Position numbers and translations under genes: made by a program. A DNA stretch of 64,000 nucleotides from Eledone cirrhosa. Lineage: Eukaryota. A model generated the notes under the pieces. The model had not been told where the DNA came from and did not search any database. It was given only the letters and a program-made list of their open reading frames with translations. This document shows positions 1 through 14,937 of the stretch, piece by piece. How positions within the stretch are numbered: the first letter of the stretch is position 1; each line of letters begins with the position of its first letter. The stretch lies in the NCBI GenBank assembly GCA_964016885.1, contig OZ024740.1:385764001-385828000 (forward strand). The letters run 5' to 3'.

Positions 1-999
1 AATGTAATAGATTTATCTCCGATATTCATTCTAGGACGTTGATGATATATAAACTCACAGATATAGAAACTTGTAATATTTAACAACTGCATTGCTCCTT
101 CCTTTATGTAGGAGATATATTGTGCCCTCTTTTCAACTTGGGAGGGAGAGCTTACCTCTTTTAAGGAGATTTTACAATGTTAACTGAAATTGTTTGGTTA
201 CGATCATTTAGTCTTATTTTTAGGATAATTATTGGAAAACTACCATGGCATGCTGCTGGGCTCATTTCATCTATAACATCAGGTTTTGTTATGTGATTCA
301 TGGCTGTTACTGCTCATTGTAAAGTTGCGATGTTGCAGAACTCTGTTGGCTCACATATTTTTCATGTGAACCAGTAGAACAGTGAAAATGTTATTGAATT
401 GTTTGTTGTATATTTCACTTATCATGTGAGGATTTGTAGTAAGTGATTCATGCTTCTCAAAAAATGTATGTAGCAGTCGTTTCTTTTGTGGATGTGTATA
501 GAATGTTAGTGTTGGTTTTCAAGTTATCTTTCACTGCTCTCCCATTTTCACAGGAGTACCTCATGCTATTCTCTGTGCCTATAAAGGACTCTTAACTAAT
601 TCCTTTCTTTTTCAGTTATTTAATCATTATTTAACTGACATGAAAGCTAATGATAAAATAACAGCGCTTTATCTCATTTTATATTTGGTAATGATATTTT
701 TAGTGAATATCAGCTTTCTTCATTGGAAATAGTTTGATGCATCATTCACATAAATAACTTAAGTTTTATGACATCATCTTACATAAGAAAGGGTTAAGTT
801 CAGTTTAAGTTATAGCTTTCTTTTATTAATTAATTTTCATTGAATCTTAAGGAAATTTAGAATGTTCAGGGCAGGAATTTTTTTTTTTTGTGCTGAATTG
901 CAAGTCCCATTGGACTTTACTCAGAGAGTTGCCCAAACTTATGTGATAGCTTCTGTGACCCAATTACCAGTGAGGAAGGCATTCTAAAAGAATAGTCAC

Positions 1000-1500
1000 C
1001 AGAGTAAAAATGGCGTGGTAAATGTTTAGAGAGTTAGCCATGCTGGTAATAAGGGAATTCTCTTTCTGGGTGAAGTTCAGAGTGTATGATACTTGTTTGT
1101 GAGATGATGCATTATAGTGAAAGTTGAGGATTGAATGTGAATCATATATAAATACTCGAAAGAAATAGAGCTAGAATTCTCCATTGAATGTGTTGTATCA
1201 GTGTGCATAAACAACAGAGCACAAATGAGCTTAGAGAAAACCTGGGTACGAGAGAAATCAGATGCAGTGTGCTACAGGGCAGAGATCACTGGTATACACA
1301 CATAATGTATATGAAGAATGACACTTTTGTAAAGAAGTGCCAAGGAGAAGTCAACAGTGGAAGGCAAAGACAAAGGAAGAAGTGACAGATGCTTATCTGA
1401 AAAAGTCGAACTTCATGAAGGGGATGACAAATGACTGCAACAAGTTTCAAAATCATGTGCTGGTAGAAAAGAAATGCCTATCCCATGCAAGTGTGGAAAA
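1000..1500 (+). mobile_element. Old degraded RTE LINE 3' coding fragment
   Basis: Residual similarity (QSTNELRENLGTREIRCSVL..WYTHIMYMKND) to the C-terminus of the RTE ORF at 33109-36252; stops and frameshifts. Confidence 0.65.
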
Positions 1501-1564
1501 ATAATCCAGTACACAAATATGTAAATGTATATATACATATATACTCACACTATATATATATATA

Positions 1565-1965
1565 TCATCATTTAAAATTCATTTTCCACACTACCATAGG
1601 TAGGACAGGCTGTCCTGTAGTGAGAGATCCAGGTCAGAAGACTGTGATTTGTTCACACAGAACTGATTTGGGCATGGTTTCAACAGCTGGATGCCCTTAC
1701 TAATGCCAACCACCTTTACACTATATGGTGTGTGCTTTTTGTTGTAATACTTTTACGACCACTTTACAGTGTGGGCTGGGTGCTTTTTATCGTGACTCTT
1801 ACATGACTGCTTTACAGCGTGGGCTGGGTGCTTTTTGTCGTGACACCTACATCGACACTTTACAATGTAGACTGGGTGCTTTTTGTCGAGACACATATTT
1901 GACTACTTTACAGTGTGGACTGAGCACTTTTTGTCATGGCTCCAGGATGACCACTGGTTCCAGGT
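1565..1965 (-). mobile_element. RTE 3'UTR-derived element with expanded 48-bp tandem repeat
   Basis: Contains the acagctggatgccctt motif shared with RTE 3'UTRs; five ~48-bp units (actttacagtgtgggctgggtgctttttgtcgtgacacctac..) at 1713-1952. Confidence 0.7.
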
Positions 1966-2310
1966 TGACCACAAAGTATTTGTAATTAGATAGGTGATAG
2001 TAAGGGCATCCCACCATAGAAAGTTTGCTAAACAAAGGGTTCGAAGAACCCTTCAGTTCTGTCAAAAACATGACAACATCTCTAGTGCTAGAGTCATGAG
2101 AAAATGCACTCAGTAGAGTGTGGGACCATATGTAAGCAAGATGCAAACTCCTGGCCAGTCTTAGAGGTCAGTTGCCTTGTTCGAATTTTGACTTTGTCTG
2201 TGAAGACCAGTCGAACCTTCTGAAAGGTGTTAAATCCAAATTATAAACTATATAGATGCTGCAGTGTTTTATTACTTTTTCTGACAATTATACTTTATTG
2301 ATATATATAT

Positions 2311-2810
2311 ATCACCATCATCATCATCGTTGAACGTCCATCTTCCATGCTAGCATGGGTTAAACGGTTTTGTTCCATTTGATGCGAAAATGGTCAGGAG
2401 ACCACGTCTCACTCACATGGAAGCGTCTCTGATAGGTTTTGTACAGCTGGATGCCCTTCCTAACACCAACCACTTTTACAGAGTGGACTGGGAGCCTTTT
2501 CACCATGCCTCCTACACGACTACTTTACAGTGTGGACTGTTGTGTCATTGACACAGTGAATGGAACGGGGGAGGGAGGATGGGATAGGGGGTGTACATTG
2601 GGTTAAGAGGTGCCTACTGACTGTAGGTTTGTATGCAATGGCTGTCGGGTCTTCTGTACAACTGCATGGCGCTAAAGGTCTCGATCCAGTGTCATTGTCT
2701 TAGAGAGGTGTAGGTGAGAAAGGTCAGTTTTGATCACCTCGTGCCAAATTTGTCTTGGTCTACCCACTCCGCAGCTTTCATCAATTTTCATTGCCCTGCA
2801 CTTTTTTTAT
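2311..2810 (-). mobile_element. 5'-truncated RTE LINE (end of ORF, 3'UTR, (GAT)n tail)
   Basis: (cat)n tail abutting (TA)n, ggatgcccttcctaacaccaacc motif, and reverse strand encoding KKCRAMKIDESCGVGRPRQIW. Confidence 0.8.
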
Positions 2811-3084
2811 AAAGTTTTTATATAAGAGGTATCAACATTTGATACCTCTTTTGCTTAGTCTCCCTCTTAATTCGTTTATGTTGTAGTGCACCTGAACACT
2901 GTACACAATAATTTTATTATTATATATAAGGGGGCACCATTACCAAAACTTCGAAATCACTTCCACATTTTTTCTTTGGAAAATAAATCTGATACTTTGC
3001 TCACACGTCTTGTACTCATTCAGTTAATGCTTCAACATTCTATGCCATATAAAATAGCACCTTCATTACATATATATATATATA

Positions 3085-5963
3085 TATCTGTAACACTAAC
3101 TTCAAAAAATGAGACAATTACTTGATCACCTACAGATCAGGGGAACATACCAGCCAGGTAGATTATATCCTTACCAGAAGACGTGACAGAGTGTCTGTTG
3201 TTAACACTAAATCCATCCCCCAGGAAGAATGCACCTCCCAACATAGACTGATAATTAGCGACCTCATAGTCAGGATGAGACGTACTCGACAGCAGAAGAG
3301 GACTATCCTCAGGAGAAAAATATGGAAGCTAAAGGACCCCACAGCCAGAAATAAATTTAAAAGCATATTACTTGATGCTTTTGACAGTAAGGAAGGGCAT
3401 TTAGAGTCGTACAATATAGAGGAACAGTGGGAATTCCTGAAAGCAAACCTGCTGATGGCGGCAGACGAAGTCTGTGGTTGGAGCAGGCCTATAAGCAGGA
3501 GGAGAGTAACATGGTGGTGGAACAGTAAGGTGGAGGAGTCAATTAAGGCCAAAAAGCAGGCTTGGAAAGTATGGCGGGATGGGGGAAGTAGAGAAGACTA
3601 TCAAGTGGCCAGGAGGGAAGCTAGGAGACAAGTGTACTTCGCAAGAAGGGAAGCAGAGGAAAGAAATTTCAAGCATGTTCTACAACGCGAGGACCAAAAA
3701 CGTGAGGTGTTCAGGATTGCTAGGCAATGTGTCAAGGAAAACCATGATATTGTCAAGGAGAAGTGTGTCCTTAATGATGGTGGTGTACTTGCCATCACTG
3801 ACGCTGATAAGAAGGTAGCTTGGAAGTGTCACTACGAAAGACTACTAAATGAGGAGAATAAATGGGAGAAAGACAGTCTCCCCCACATCGACCCAATAGA
3901 GGGACCAGCAGTGTTAGTCAAAGGTAGTATAATAAGTAAGGAAATCAAAGACATTAAGACGGGTAAGGCGGCTGGGCCTTCGGAAATAGTTGCTGAAATG
4001 CTGAAAGCTTCTGGAACGGTGGGACACACCATGGTCACCCGGATAGTAAACCAAGTCATACAGAATGGGGTTGTTCCGAAGGACTGGCGTAACAGCATCA
4101 TCATTAACTGCTACAAGGGTAAAGGAGATGCCCTAGATAGGAGTAACTATAGAGGCATTAAATTAATCGACCAGGTCATGAAGGTCACAGAAAAAGTAAT
4201 AGCGCAACTAATCAGAGAGAGAATTGATCTAGATGAAATGCAGTTCGGGTTTGTGTCAGGTAAAAGTACCACAGACGCTCTTTTCATTGTACGACAACTA
4301 CAGGAGAAGTACCTAGCTAAAAGTAAACCCCTATACTTAGCTTTTGTCGACTTGGTGAAAGCCTTCGACAGACTCCCCCGTTCCATTATCTGGTGGGCTC
4401 TTAGAAAACTAGGTGTTGATGAATGGCTTGTGAGAGCTATACAAGCCATGTATAAAGAAACAGTCAGCAAGGTTAGAATTAACAACGAATATAGTGAAGA
4501 GTTTAGCGTAAAAGTTGGTGTTCATCAGGACTCCGTTCTTATTCCCTACTATTTATTATTGCCCTTCAGGCTATAACAGTGGAGTTCTAGACTAGCTGCC
4601 CATGGGAACTCCTATACGCAGATGATCTAATGCTCATAGCTGAATCAATGGCCGAACTAGAGAAGAAATTCCAAACATGGAAGCATGGTCTAGAATCAAA
4701 AGGCCTTAAAATTAACCTGTCTAAGACTAAAGTTCTAGTTTGTAGGAAGGAAAATAGGGCGCCGGTCCCATCCGGGAAATGGCCATGCTCAGTGTGTAGG
4801 AAAGGAGTAGGTAGAAACTCCATTTTATGTCCCAAATGCAAAGTATGGATGCATAAAAGATGTAGTGGGATCACAGGTAAGCTAACTAAGAACATAGATT
4901 TTATATGTGGCCGGTGCTCTGGTGCAATAAGTAGCAGCAAGTGCCCACAGAATAATAGCTCATTCCATTGCACAGATGGTTCTATAGAAATAGTGGACAG
5001 CTTCCGTTACCTGGGTGACAAAATTAGCAGTGGGGAAGGGTGCTCTGAAAGTACAGTAGCTAGAGTCAGAACTGGATGGAAAAAGTTCAGAGAGCTTATA
5101 CCACTATTAGCCGCTAAAGGGTTCTCCCTAAAAATGAAAGGCAGGTTGTATGATGCCTGCATACGAACAGCAATGTTGCATGGCAGTGAGACCTGGGCAT
5201 TGTGTGTAGAGGATATATGCAGACTAGAGAGGAATGAAGCTTGCATGCTCCGCTGGATGTGTAATAGTAATATACGTGAAAGGCAAAGCATAAACGAACT
5301 AGGGGAAAAATTAGAAATAAGAGGGATCAGATGTTGTTTACTCGAGAGAAGACTATGTTGGTATGGTCACGTGATGCGCATGAAAGACGACAGCTGTATA
5401 AAATAGTGCAGGGCAATAAAAATAGATGGTAGCCACGGAGTAGGCAGACCCAGAAAAACCTGGGACGACTTGATAAATTCCGACCTCACACACTTACACC
5501 TCTCCAAGACAATGTCACTGGACCGAGATCTTTGGCACTACACAGTAATAGAGAAGACCCGCCTTACCTAAATACAAAGTGTAACCTACTACAGTCAGTA
5601 GGCACCTCTAACAAAATACATCCCTGTCCCACTAACCCCACCCTATCCACACCACCCCTTTCAATGTAAAGTTATGTTGGTACCACAATATCCAGCCTGA
5701 AACAAATGAGGTCGTATAGGTGTCACGACAAAAAAACACACAGTCCACGCTGTAATGTGGCCGTGTAGGTAACACGGTAAAAACCTCCCAGTTCCACACT
5801 GTAAATGTGGTTGGTGTTAGGAAGGGCATCCAGCCGTAGAAAACCCGCCAGACAGTCCTATGCGAGCAAGACAACCACTCTTGCCTCAAGTGGGAAAACT
5901 CCCGTCCAAACCCATCCAAGGTGGAATATGGACGTTAAACGATGATGATGATGATGATGATGA

Positions 5964-5967
<4 letters not shown>
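3085..5967 (+). mobile_element. RTE LINE, subfamily A, 5'-truncated, disrupted
   Basis: ORFs 3122-4576 and 4630-5406 match the 1047-aa ORF (end of APE, RT with YADD, PHD-like finger); frameshift near 4540 and stops; complete 3'UTR ending in (GAT)n; (TA)n on both sides. Confidence 0.95.
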
Positions 5968-7520
<1,553 letters not shown>

Positions 7521-8221
7521 TACACATACATATACACTCACACAGACATACATGCATATGTGCATGTATATATATATCCACATATATGGGTATATAGATA
7601 TATGTACACACACAGCCACCCACACACAAAGATGTGCACACCACCAGTAGTTATAGCAATGTTGGTAGTCAGCTTAATATCACAATAGTTTCCTTAGTAT
7701 AGTGACTCTTTAAACTTTATCAGCAGTCAAAATTTCCCAGTTTTCTTAACTGTCATTTAAATATAAAAAGCTGTTTGTATTTCTTTTACTCTATACAAAT
7801 TTTATGTTTTAATAAATGTTGTTCTTGTATTTTTTCTTTCTAAAAACTAAGTAAATCAAAATCTAGATTTATCCTGATTGTTAGTGAAACCTGATTAAAA
7901 GCTGTTAATCTCGTTTCAATTTGCCACATGTCTTGTTGTTGATTTTCAGTTCTATGTTATTTTTTTTTGTTTTTCTAGGTTTTTGTTGTTTTTTTTTGTT
8001 TGTTTTTTTTTTCTCAAAAAGAAATTTATCTCTGACAAGTGAGTCAAATGTCATAGGTATCACAGGTATTTTTGGTTAAAAGGGATTGGTTGAAAGGTTA
8101 TTTAAAGTCATTCTATTTATACAATATATTACAGATACTATTTACTGCAAACTTTGTGAGAATTACTTATGAATTGTATATCCAATCACATCAAAGAAAA
8201 TTTCAATTCCATAGCTGCATA

Positions 8222-8460
8222 TATACACTGAACAAAAAGCGCTACCTAAGGTTTCAAGGTTCAATTATGACCATCTCTCCAGATTGTGCCCAGTAGTGTA
8301 AAGTGGAAGAGCAATCAAATTTGTGACCTAATCAGCAAATGCCTGATGACTAGATCATAAAATTGATCACTCTTCCACTCTGCACCACTGTGCACAATAT
8401 GGGAAGATGGTCATTATTGGACCTTGAAACCTTAGGTAGTGCTTTTTGTTCCATGTATGA
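8222..8460. mobile_element. Palindromic (fold-back) MITE-like element
   Basis: ~110-bp imperfect inverted arms (aacaaaaagcgctacctaaggtttcaagg ... ccttgaaaccttaggtagtgctttttgtt); an internally deleted relative lies at 41744-41830. Confidence 0.75.
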
Positions 8461-8586
8461 ACATAAATAAATAATATAATATATATATATATATTACCCA
8501 CTCAAAGTCGTTTATTTTACTGATTATTGTGTACCCTGAGTAATGGGTTTGTATTTCTAATAATACAAACCTGATTATATCACTGA

Positions 8587-9810
8587 ACTAGCATTAAAGC
8601 CCGGCGTTGCTCGGGGTCATTAAGTTACCAAAGTTAGGTTGCACCACCCATTTTATGGCAGCACTTTTTTGTCTGCCAGGCACTGGGTGAATGAATTGCA
8701 GACCTGGAAGCAGGAGCTGCGCCAGCATTGACAATTGTAGTTTCGCCTATGGATATTATCTCTGTGCAAAAAAGTGTTGAAATTTATTGTTTCACAGTAC
8801 TTGCGCAACACGCGCATAGATGATGCCAGCCGAACAACAGAGCTGCGATGGAGTTGTTCTGCATTGTTGTCTGTGTGTTTTCTAAATTTAAGACAGTCGG
8901 GAGGGTTGTGATATGAGGGAGAGTTAGCTGTTGTTTCTAGCAGGTTTAGTGACCTCATAGAGGATATGTGTTTTCTAAATTTAAGACAGTAGAGAGTGGT
9001 GTGATATGGGGGAGAGTTAGCTGCTGTTTCTAGCAGGTTTAGTGACCTCATAGAAGATATGTTTTCTAAATTTAAGACAGTAGGGAGGGGTGTGATATGG
9101 GGGAGAGTTAGCTGTTGTTTCTAGCAGGTTTAGTAACCTCATAGAGGATATGTGTTTTCTAAATTTAAGACAGTAGGGAGTGGTGTGATATGGGGGAGAG
9201 TTAGCTGCTGTTTCTAGCAGGTTTAGTGACCTCATAGAAGATATGTTTTCTAAATTTAAGACATTAGGGAGGGGTGTGGTATGGGGGAGAGTTAGCTGCT
9301 GTTTCTAGCAGGTTTAGTGACCTCATAGAGGATATTATTGTTTATCATTATCTATAAAAGGCAGATTGTTGTTGTTGTTGTTGAAGTGAGTGTGTGTTTG
9401 TATGCGTTTGGAAAAGAGGTTTTAAAAAAGATTTATCGCTTGTTGTTGAATAAATGTATCTGTTGCTTTTGAATAATTGTCGTTTCGTATGAAATGTAAT
9501 AAGAAGCAGATGATATGAGAGAGTAAAACGGACAGTATCACCATCAAGCTTGGAAAGAGAAAGTAGCAGAAAGTATGAAGTTGTATAGATTTTGAATGGT
9601 AGTGGAAAGAGTTTAGCAGTTTAAATGACAGGGAAAAATCGTAAAATATTGAGTTTTATCTATTTTTTGTGGGTGAAATTGAAAAAATTATCTGTGCCAA
9701 GACGCAATCGAAGCTATTTCGAATACTGAATTGTAAATTTCAGTTGAAGAAATTCTATATCGTAGATTTCTATAAGAAAGGAGCATGACCACACACTGAG
9801 CTTTATAGAT
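8587..9810 (+). mobile_element. Non-autonomous Helitron/HINE-like element with internal tandem array
   Basis: 5' end ACTAGC..AAGCCCGGCGTTGCTCGGG (hairpin-forming) and 3' end CTTTATAGAT, a layout typical of Helitron-like non-autonomous elements; family assignment is inferred. Confidence 0.55.
8873..9335. repeat. Minisatellite, five ~92-bp units
   Basis: Unit gtgttttctaaatttaagacagtagggag..gagagttagctgctgtttctagcaggtttagtgacctcatagaggatat starting near 8875, 8968, 9060, 9152 and 9244. Confidence 0.95.
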
Positions 9811-9931
9811 TATGATGAATAAAGAAACGTACCTATTCTCTTCAACTACCCTTCTGTGTGTGATAGTTTTGAGATAATGATGAATATAATATCATATACT
9901 TTATTGTGAATATAATATCATATACTTTATT

Positions 9932-10120
9932 GTGAAGGCGTGTGGCTGAGTGCTTAGAGAATTGGGTTCCCAATCATGAGATTGTGAGTTCGATTCCTGG
10001 ACCTTTATTTCACGTTACTTCGTCTACCTAGTGTTGCGACTAATAGATAGTATTAGCAATTGGAAAAACCAACAGAAACATTGTTTCCTTGGTCCAATTT
10101 GATGAAAGTCAATCGACTGT
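9932..10120 (+). mobile_element. tRNA-derived SINE, degraded
   Basis: A box (tggctgagtg) and B box (gagttcgattc); related to copies at 41933, 43339, 46555 and 53296. Confidence 0.7.
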
Positions 10121-10263
10121 CGATACTTTAGATTATGAATATATATATCCTCATCATCATCACTTTCCTTGTTTATTATATTATATTATTGTAAGTTTCT
10201 ATTATAATGTGTTTTTAGTGTTTAATTTTGGAACACTCCTTTCTTTTTTAAATGTTTGTTTGT

Positions 10264-10313
<50 letters not shown>

Positions 10314-10480
10314 ATGTGTGTGTGTGTGTAAATGTTAATGTTGGGGTTCTTAAGGTTTAGGGTTATAAATAACACCAAGCATTTACTGATGGTGAAAATG
10401 TGCATGTTTATATTTTTTTCCATGTCTTTGTCTATCCTGTAACTTAGCAATTCAACAAAACGAGATTGATAAATTAAGTA

Positions 10481-12987
10481 CAGTGAGTCCTCGATATACA
10501 GTATATATGCGTTCCTGAAACCCTTGTCGTATATCGAATTACCGTATAAAGAACCCATTATAACATGAAATAGATAGGGATGCGTTCCAGCACATTGAAA
10601 AAGTCATCCCTACAGAAAAGAAATAATGTTTTTTTTTTATTTACCGTACCTTACACATGCCGCATAGTCCATCAGATGATGTGCCTCTTGATTTGTCCCT
10701 CCCGAGGCTAAGGGACAGTATGGGTTTCAGCACTTACTCATCTTGGGCTGAGTTGGCAGGGGAGGATGAGGGTGATGTGGGAGGCTCAAAACCAATAAAC
10801 TCGTTGACTGCAGTGGATGTTGAAGGGCCAGCTGTAGCACGGTTGGCAGGTGTGACTAGCTTAAAGAAAGAGTAGATGGAGGACTGTTTGGCAGTGTTTC
10901 TTTTGGCTTCATACATTTCTTAGTAAATCTTGATGCTTTTCCCGACGTCTTGAGCAACTTTGCTGCTCCTAGCAGTGTTGGGGTCATGCTCCTTCAGGGT
11001 TTCTAAGATTGTTTCGATACTCCCAAGACATTCTCTTAGAGTTTTTATGTCCAAGCCGCGCACAGGTTCTTCTTCCTCCTCTTCTTCTTTTTCTGTCTCC
11101 TGTATCGCCTTGTCTAGTTCTATGAGTTCATCATTGGAAAGTGGTTCAGCATGGCTTTCCAAAAAGTCTTGCACATCATCATCATTAACACCATCGAAGC
11201 CAGCTCTATGGCAGAGATTTACAATATCTTTTTTTATCGCATCAATATCCTCAGCAAAGTATTGGAAGTCATTCACACATGATGGCCATAATTTTTTCCA
11301 GGCCAAGTTCATGGTAGACTGCTTCACTTCTTCCCAAGATGCCTTGATGTTGTCTAAGCCGTGCTTGATGTTGTACAATTTCCACCATTCCCTGATTGTG
11401 GGCTTGTCAGGCCCATCTGTGTCCTTTATCAGCTGCTGCATGGTTCTCTGCTGGTAGTATGCCTTAAATGTTTTGATGACTGTTTGATCCATCGGCTGAA
11501 TAAGAGCTGTGGTGTTTGGGGGAAGAAACAAAACCTCAATATTTTCTGACCAGTCTTCCATTGCCCATGGGTGGCTGGGGGCGTTGTCCACTAATAGCAG
11601 AAAACGGTTGGCAATGTTGTTAGCTAATGCATATTCCTTAAGGGTTGATGACAGATATGAGGTGAAAAAATCCTGGTGAATTGAAGTGATCAGCCATGCC
11701 TTCTTATTAGACTTCCATATCACTGGTAGGTATTGCTTAAGTAATCCCTTGAATGCTCTTGGGGTTTCAAAATGGTAGATAATGAGTGGCTTTAGCTTTA
11801 AATCTCCTTCTGCATTCCCTCCAAGTAACAGAATAACGCGGTTCTTTGAGGCTTTGAACCCCTTCACACTTTTTTCCACCTTGTCAATATAAGTATTACT
11901 GGTCATCTTTTTCCAATAAAGTCCTGTTTCATCATAATTAATAACCTGTTTTTTGCTGTACCCCTTCTCTGCAATGCATTTCTCTAACTCTGCCTTGAAT
12001 TTTTCAGCACTTTCTTTGTCGGAACTGGCAGCCTCACCTGTAACTTTTATGTTGTGAAGACTCGAACGTTGTTTGAACTTATCAAACCAGCCTTTGCTTG
12101 CCTTGACTACAAAGTACTCCACCCCCATTTCAGTCTTGAGCCTGTCAATAATGGACAATGCTTTCTCACTGATTACATTTAAAGACAGAGGCATATGTTG
12201 ACGATTTTGGTCGTCGATCCAAATTTTGAGCAACCTTTCCATCCTATCCATAATCGGCTCACAATGTTTGGTCAACAATTTACTCTGTAGACTCGTAGCA
12301 TTCTCCTCAGCTTTTTGACAGCCTCACTAGTTTTTAAAACAGTCCAGACTGTAGACTGGGCTAGGCCTAAGTTACGACTTATGGCGGACGTACCTTGCCC
12401 CTATTCCCTCCTTTTCAAAATGTCCAGCTTTATCTCCAAAGTCAGGCTCTTCCTCATGCATTTGGCCTTTCCATCTGCATCAGCAATATTCGTAGGACGT
12501 TTTGGGGCCATGAGATATGGGGTTATAAGACGGGCCGTGATAATTATGTTTCAAAAACACGCCGTCGGGTTTTCTCTTACTTTGAATAACGTCATAACTC
12601 TTAACTGATCCCTTCAGTTCAGCAAAAATTCTCTTACTGAGAGGACACGCTAGTTTGCCGAACTGAAGTGATCAGTTAAGAGTTATGACGTCATTGACTG
12701 ATATCTGAACTCACTCGTGATTGGCCAGTTTCTCGGTAAGGTCAGTTAGTACAATAGCAGTAGTAGCACAATTTTCCTAGAATTCAAATAGCAGTCAGTT
12801 TCCACAAATTCAAGGGGGAATTTATTGCTTACTACAGGTGGCGCTACGGTACAATATAAACAAAACACGACCAAAAACCGTATCTGTGAATTTTTTTTAC
12901 CGTAAATAGAATTGATGGTAGTAATTACCCAAAACCGTATCTGTGAATTTACCGGATAAAGAACTACTGTATATCGAGGACCCACTG
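10481..12987 (-). mobile_element. Tigger/pogo DNA transposon, full length
   Basis: TIRs cagtgagtcctcgatatacagt / actgtatatcgaggacccactg; left TA target site (right copy reads TC); inserted into a SINE whose halves lie at ~10435-10480 and 12988-13094. Confidence 0.95.
10734..12511 (-). pseudogene. Tigger (pogo/CENP-B-like, DDE_1) transposase pseudogene
   Basis: Start MAPKRPT..RKSLTLEIKLDIL (HTH-psq), ASKGWFDKFK, NYDETGLYW, LLVDNAPSH, PPNTTALIQPMD; internal stops and a frameshift near 12300. Confidence 0.92.
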
Positions 12988-14375
12988 TCCTAGACTTGAA
13001 AAATACTGATGTTAATACAACTAAATTCCTTTAAGGCAGTGCTCCAGCATGGACTCAGTGAAATGACTGAAGCCACTAAAGGAATAAAAGAATACATTTC
13101 AGATCCAATCTCGTCAAAGAAAATGTTCATATACTGGGTGAGTGGGGGTGGAAAAACTGTTTTGAAACTTCAAAGATATATGGGCTTCTAAGAGTTTTAT
13201 ATTTAAGGAGCTGACTTAATTGTTGCTTAATTTAACATGAACACCTGGTCCTTGGTTGCTTTTGGCAGATTTTAGCAGTTAGACCAGGTATTCAATCTAA
13301 GAATAATAAGATATTCTTCTCCCTCTCTTCTATTGCTCCTATTTCTCCTATGATAAGCAATATTTCTTTTTATTAATTTATTCTTTCTTGGGAACCTTTT
13401 TTTTATATCTTAACAGTTTCAGCTAATTCTTGGAAGACCTCTTTATTTGTTAGGAAACTTAACTATCTTTGGGAGCAACTGTGTGTGTCTTTGGGGGTCT
13501 CTTCATGTCTAATTGAGAGTTTCTGCATGTCTCATTAGGAGCTTATTTTTGGTAGTGTGAGAAAGTTATGAAGTGGTTTATTTTTCTTATATATTCGAGA
13601 AAAGGAATTGAATAAAAAGTATACTGCTGAATCATTTACTTAAAGCTGTGTATTATAAGAGATATCATAGCTTCCCATCTTATTGCCAAGAGATAACATG
13701 AAATAATGAGAATTTTTATTTTCTTACTTTTCCTTTCTATCTTTCCCTGCTTGCATGGGGAAATGTATATATTTATGTATATATTTCAGCAATTGCTTTT
13801 ACAGCAGAATTGTGAGGTAGCTTTGCATTTTTGTCCATCAGGTAAATTAAAGTAGAGCTATGTGCCTTGCACAGAAACACAGCCCAAGTACTGTACAAAG
13901 AATTCAAACAATGGAATAAATTTAATGTTATGAGGAAGAAAATAAGTTAACATTACAAACAGAATCCTTTGTCAGAGAAAGATGAAATTTCTGTAATTTG
14001 ACTTGAACTTACAGCTATGTTTTCAGTAGCAATACCAACCCACCGCAGACTATCCATGATTCTATGATTAAAATTTCTCCTTTTACATTGTATTTAAATT
14101 AAAATATTTGTTCATTATTTTTCTTGTAAGGACCTTTCTTAAGTTATGTTCCAAGCACTAGTTTAATGATGAGAGAGGTATTTTACTAAATCCAGCTAAA
14201 TTCATGGGTATTTTCAAAATTATTTGAAACACATAAGCAGGGTTTTTAATTAGAAATATGGTAATGGAAGGGTTGATCTAACAGCTGTTGTACTTCTATG
14301 AATCAAAATGAAAATAATTATGCATAGAGGTAAAATTCTATTATTACTGCTACTACTTATAATAATAATACCATC

Positions 14376-14590
14376 TAATGTAGGCACAAGCCCAACAATA
14401 TTTTCATATGGGAAAGAGAAAGTTGATTATACCAATTCTAGTAATTTACTGGTACTTTATTTTATTGATCCCAGAAAGTTGAAAAGCAAAGTTGACCTTC
14501 GTAGGGTTTGAAACCAGAACATATAGAGCTGCAATGAAATACTACATTGCATTTTCCGATGCACTAATAAGTCTGCCAATCCACTACCCT
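14376..14590 (-). mobile_element. tRNA-derived SINE (Meta-domain-like), degraded
   Basis: tactggtactttattttattgatcccagaaagttgaaaagcaaagttgacc core shared with the copies below. Confidence 0.65.
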
Positions 14591-14805
14591 AACTTCTAAA
14601 AATAATAATGGTGGTGAATATGATGATAGCAACGATGATAACAGTGGGTTGATGGTGATGATAGTAATTAAAATATACTTGATGTAGTGAGTCTTATAGT
14701 TTTATCAAGAAGCACCAAGGAAATTGCTTTTCATGTTGAGAATTTCAACCTACTAAAAATGATGGAGAGGGAGAGTGAATCTGATATTTTGGTAGCTATG
14801 GTGAC

Positions 14806-14850
14806 TACTCCAGATATGTTTCAGGCTTGTTAAACCTCATCAGTGAAGCA
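14806..14850 (-). ncRNA. Minimal type I hammerhead ribozyme
   Basis: Reverse strand: tgcttca CTGATGA ggttt-aac-aagcc t GAAA cata TC tggagta; stems I and II pair, stem III is rudimentary. Confidence 0.6.
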
Positions 14851-14937
14851 CAGTCAAGACAAAGTTACCTTACAACAGAACGACTTAGAGAATTGATAGT
14901 TACGTTGTAAAGAAAGCGCATTGATTAAGAAACTTGA

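Noticed and set aside
8873-9335. Regularly spaced repeats resembling a CRISPR array
   Set aside because: Units are repeated along their whole length with no unique spacers, there are no cas genes, and the context is eukaryotic.
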